Source: Candidatus Bathyarchaeota archaeon
GTDB lineage: Archaea; Thermoproteota; Bathyarchaeia; 40CM-2-53-6
Direction of reading: 5' to 3'
Length of the DNA stretch: 64,000 nucleotides
NCBI GenBank assembly: GCA_963833125.1
Contig: CAWHWX010000001.1
Coordinates: 320,001 to 384,000, forward strand
Positions within the stretch are counted from its first letter, which is position 1. Each line of letters begins with the position of its first letter. A model generated the notes under the pieces. That model was not told the DNA's origin, ran no database searches, and saw nothing but the letters and a program-made list of their open reading frames with translations. Shown here one piece after another: positions 60,350 through 64,000 of the stretch. The position numbers were made by a program, and so were the translations under genes.

Positions 60350-63300
60350 TCAAACGAATTGCGCTAGGGTTGGCTGTTTCTTTTTCTCTTCATGTTCATT
60401 AAAGAGGGATTTGATCTCTTCGCGGAGAAGCAACAATCGCTGTACGTGGTACTGACCTAGGTCGTATCGCTTAACCAAATCCTCCGCTACCGTCAAGTAC
60501 TTTTCCACACCCCCCTTGTACACAGTTAAAGAGAGTTTCCCGCCGCACCTGGGACAAGCTCCTTTCAACGGTAAACGCCGGAATTTCGAATTGCATTTCG
60601 TGCACCGAAATCTCTGCCCGGCAAAAGCCTTCAGGTTTCCAGTAAGGTCCCGCATGAAATGAGTTGACAACACCCTTTTCGCGACTTCCCCTGCTTCCAC
60701 CGCTTTAATCGACTCCGCCAATTTCAGTTGCAGGGTCACCTTTTCAACCATCGACCCAAGTTGCTTGTAAACGCTCTCCAAGTTTCCCGCGTCCACATCT
60801 TCAGTATTATGAGTGAAACCTAGAGACTCCAATACTGCCTGCGAACCAAGCCGGTCCTGAACGGTCTCGATGATGCTCGCTTGAGATTTGGGGTCAGAGT
60901 GTTTTTGCGTTGCTTCGTAGAACTGTAATGGAAGACGGCTGACTGTCTCGATGTTGAAGGCTTGGCGGGCCACCTCCCGCGGCTTAATTCCGATGGTTAA
61001 CAGTATTGGCGCATCCATTATTCCCCCAATCCTTGAGGGAAGAAACTGTTTCGAAAAATTCAGAAGTATATCCAAAGCAAGGCTGACGGAGTCCTCATCT
61101 CCATCACAATCCCTGCGCTTTGCGGCGTGCCAGAATGGGTGTGCTAGGGTGACGCTGGCTTTCGTAAAGCCGATGATACGTCCAATGACACCCACTGAGG
61201 TGTGTGGTGAGAGGCCGATAACCAATTGACCGACGAGATCCTGTTTGGTCTTCGCATTGTAGAATGGGGGCAAGCCGTATAGGAGTTGTAGGAGATCGTC
61301 GATGAATTTTGCAACTCGGACGAAATAGTCTCCGCACTCTTCAGGGATGATGATGTCGTGTACTCTGAGGCTACAACATTGATTCGATGTAAGCGGGTTG
61401 CCTGCTACGTCGACATCGTACCCCAACTCAATTAGCTTGTCGACCTCTACGCCGATCTCAGCAGGTTTGAAGTGTGTAAGCGGCGCATTCGTCGCATCGA
61501 ATCGTACGGTTCCATCTTTGAAGACGGATACGTCATACTTCGCCCTTAGAAGTCCCTTCTCAAGCGGTTCTGGCGTCCTCGTCTTATTGGTCAACCCGCG
61601 CACGCCTTTTACGCTCTCGGGAGTGACGGTAAGGGAGAGTCTTTTTTGCGCCGAATTGAATAAGTCACGTATGGGTACGTTTCTTCGAGTAAACGCCTCG
61701 GCGTTGCCTTTGCATGAGGGGCAGATTTTACCGGGGGTATCGATACCGCACCTTTGGCAGGTGAACGCGCCGACCGTATCGGCGCCACATTTCTCACATT
61801 TGCCCAAATGGGTCGTGTTACCGCAGCTCCCGCATTTTCGATATGCCAAATCAACTGAGATTATGCTGTGTTCTGCTATAGTTTCAACAATATTCCGTCG
61901 AGAACCCCCTGCTAACCCAATAGGAAAGAGGCAATGGACGACAGGCCGCATTTCACGCCGCGCCGCCTTTTCCGGCCGACCCATCCGAGCACCAACGTAA
62001 ACCGGTGCCTTTCTCATCACCCGCATCCCCGAGGCGTGAAAGAGCTTCTCGAACACGTCCTTCCCCTCCACTGCACCGCTCTTAGAAGCCAACCCAAGGC
62101 ATTCATACAAGATCGGCGCATCCTCGTCTACCACTAGGAACTCTCGATCAACTCTGTGCGGGACGCATAGGTTCTCCAGAATCGCCTTCGTCATTACATC
62201 ATTCCTAGTCGATATACGATTAGGGGATGAGGTTGTTTGGTTGGGATCCAGCAGCCTCGAGCGTAAATGATCATAGTCTTGTGGGGCGATGTTCTCCCAG
62301 AACCAAGTATACTTCGGATGCAGAGGAACATTGGATTGTTTGGCGATGCGAATTGCCTCCTCAGCCGTTGGACATTGTCCACCTGAGTCATTCAGATAGG
62401 CAACAATGCGAGATTCGTCAACACCTATGTGACCCGCAAATTCATGCAAGCTGGAGTGCTTTGTAGCTTCAAGTTCCATTAGCTGCGTCCACCATTCCTC
62501 AACAAAACCTGATGGGAGTAGGGGGCGATTGTTCTCGAGAAATTCTCCGAATCCTATCAGTATGTCTCCTAGGAACAGGATCTTATCCACCGAATCGAGG
62601 AGCGATTCCGTTCGCTTTGCATCTGACAGTCTGACAACGGAACCATCCTTCAATCGGACAATGGGTGGTTCGATTGAATCAACGGTGGCCGCTATGCCTG
62701 CCTTGCCAGGCTTCTCTAACCTCAGCTGTGTCCCTACTGCGATGAACTTGCCGAGCACGATCATTGTAGAAGGATGAAGTCCGATTGCAGCTAGGCCGGT
62801 GTTTCTAGATCTACCATATCTCAGCCTGAAGCCTCCCGTGAACTGAGGGAAAGAGAAGATTGGCCGTCCTGCCAGAACATCCTCCATGAACATGAACTCA
62901 CGTGCTTCTTCAGCCTCAGCCACGGGGGGCTTGATTTCCTTCAGCCAGCTCCATCCCTCTATTCCCAGGCTGTCGATTATCTTCAGGACCTTGTGGCTTC
63001 TCCCGATCAATCCATCGTGAACAACCCTTAGCGCTCCGCCTCTGACCCGGTTCGTGTCTACCCGTGGCACGTTCCGGTACGCTGAAACTTCGACGGGATC
63101 AGTTTCAACACCGTTGACTTCAACAGGTAGTCGCATGACGGCGTTGAACAGCTCCTCATCTGAGACCTTAAACTGAAATCGGGCCACCTCTCTCTCGTAC
63201 AAGCGTAGTTCTTCCACGAACCTTTTCGCTTCAAGTTCAGTAGCCTTGTATCGACCCAATCCCACCTGGTGTCTCACATAATCAGCTATGACAAGAATCA

Positions 63301-63763
63301 ATGCCATATCGGTGCCCCCAGCAGACCTAATGGGGCCTGCAAAATAGACGGCTAGATACTTTGAACCATCTTGATTTGTTCTTATCCTGACGCTTGAGAT
63401 TCCCTCAATCGGCGCGGCGGTAACGCCTTCATCTAGAATGGCCGAAGCTGTTCGGACCGCTTGCTCTGCTGCACGTTCACCATCAACTCCATATTTGGAA
63501 AGCGAGATCTCTTCAGCTATCTTGAGCGCTACTAGCTCACGCGGCATTAGAAGCGAGAGTTCGCGGATTCTTGCAGCCACCGTGGGGGGACCGACGGCTT
63601 TCTCGACGCGCTCCGCAACATCCTGGGTAACCACAGACTCTGGGTCGCGTGAGGGATCAAACCCCTTTACACGTGCCTGTCTGGCAAGATCATAGATCTT
63701 GTCAACCTGATCCTTCAGGCCCTGAAAATACAGGTCATGTCGGCTTAGAGCTGTGGCATCCAA
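60350..63763 (-). CDS. polC: DNA polymerase D large subunit DP2 (no intein)
   Basis: AGPIRSAGGT, GGFRLRYGRSR, RMGRPEKA, KRRDCDGDED, C-terminal Zn finger. Confidence 0.97.
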   Translation of the reverse strand: MDATALSRHDLYFQGLKDQVDKIYDLARQARVKGFDPSRDPESVVTQDVAERVEKAVGPPTVAARIRELSLLMPRELVALKIAEEISLSKYGVDGERAAEQAVRTASAILDEGVTAAPIEGISSVRIRTNQDGSKYLAVYFAGPIRSAGGTDMALILVIADYVRHQVGLGRYKATELEAKRFVEELRLYEREVARFQFKVSDEELFNAVMRLPVEVNGVETDPVEVSAYRNVPRVDTNRVRGGALRVVHDGLIGRSHKVLKIIDSLGIEGWSWLKEIKPPVAEAEEAREFMFMEDVLAGRPIFSFPQFTGGFRLRYGRSRNTGLAAIGLHPSTMIVLGKFIAVGTQLRLEKPGKAGIAATVDSIEPPIVRLKDGSVVRLSDAKRTESLLDSVDKILFLGDILIGFGEFLENNRPLLPSGFVEEWWTQLMELEATKHSSLHEFAGHIGVDESRIVAYLNDSGGQCPTAEEAIRIAKQSNVPLHPKYTWFWENIAPQDYDHLRSRLLDPNQTTSSPNRISTRNDVMTKAILENLCVPHRVDREFLVVDEDAPILYECLGLASKSGAVEGKDVFEKLFHASGMRVMRKAPVYVGARMGRPEKAARREMRPVVHCLFPIGLAGGSRRNIVETIAEHSIISVDLAYRKCGSCGNTTHLGKCEKCGADTVGAFTCQRCGIDTPGKICPSCKGNAEAFTRRNVPIRDLFNSAQKRLSLTVTPESVKGVRGLTNKTRTPEPLEKGLLRAKYDVSVFKDGTVRFDATNAPLTHFKPAEIGVEVDKLIELGYDVDVAGNPLTSNQCCSLRVHDIIIPEECGDYFVRVAKFIDDLLQLLYGLPPFYNAKTKQDLVGQLVIGLSPHTSVGVIGRIIGFTKASVTLAHPFWHAAKRRDCDGDEDSVSLALDILLNFSKQFLPSRIGGIMDAPILLTIGIKPREVARQAFNIETVSRLPLQFYEATQKHSDPKSQASIIETVQDRLGSQAVLESLGFTHNTEDVDAGNLESVYKQLGSMVEKVTLQLKLAESIKAVEAGEVAKRVLSTHFMRDLTGNLKAFAGQRFRCTKCNSKFRRLPLKGACPRCGGKLSLTVYKGGVEKYLTVAEDLVKRYDLGQYHVQRLLLLREEIKSLFNEHEEKKKQPTLAQFV

Positions 63764-63835
63764 CGGGGCAGGCCTAAACTACAGACTGGCCTTCCTCTTC
63801 TTTAAGACTAGGAGACGCTAGTGCCCGCACGCAGT

Positions 63836-64000
63836 TCAAACCGGGGCAGATTCAGCGGGCTGCTGACTCTGCTGAGTTTGAGCTTGGGCCTTATCTTTGA
63901 CGTAGAAGCTGTCCATGAACACGCAGTATATGTCGACGATCTGACTTGACGGGGTCGCTTCGAATTCGCGTTTGAGTCCACACGAACCACATTGGACAAT
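63836..64000 (-). CDS. elf1: Transcription elongation factor Elf1, 3' part (partial)
   Basis: IVQCGSCGLKREF..VDIYCVFMDSFY. Confidence 0.7.
   Translation of the reverse strand: MVQCGSCGLKREFEATPSSQIVDIYCVFMDSFYVKDKAQAQTQQSQQPAESAPV

Noticed and set aside
61080-61140. Intein in DP2 at the usual RRxCDGDED site
   Set aside because: The motif is contiguous and the protein length is normal
139-63999. Numerous overlapping or antisense ORFs in the six-frame track (e.g. 14543-15013, 19316-19852, 61398-62000, 63808-63999)
   Set aside because: Shadow or alternative frames of well-supported genes with no recognisable motifs

Overview
Archaeal chromosomal DNA. PolD large subunit, Elf1, Alba, Sec61beta, PAC2, ZPR1 and cofC/cofD point to a PolD-bearing TACK lineage, most plausibly Bathyarchaeia (inferred from gene content only). 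About twenty single-base indels split conserved genes, which is typical of an unpolished long-read assembly. Layout: (i) 1-15 kb is an accessory tract of small detox, transport and surface genes, interspersed with a repeat GTGTGTGTGG-N6-TGGTGCG(CAC) that has conserved arms and a variable 6-bp core; neighbouring copies around one module are often identical; (ii) 15-29 kb is metabolic and includes a pentameric ligand-gated ion channel homolog; (iii) a ~7-kb island (29.5-36.5 kb) splits the lipA-E1a-E1b-E2 // E3-lipB 2-oxoacid dehydrogenase cluster and carries nucleases, a trypsin-like protease, a probable decayed casposase-type cas1 3' end and two identical copies of the repeat; (iv) 36.5-64 kb is mostly core genes. 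Strongest candidates for new biology: the repeat-delimited gene-module system, and a 31-nt bulge-helix-bulge-like intron interrupting the conserved YAEG motif of glyA. No tRNA, rRNA, CRISPR array or intact recombinase/transposase was recognised.
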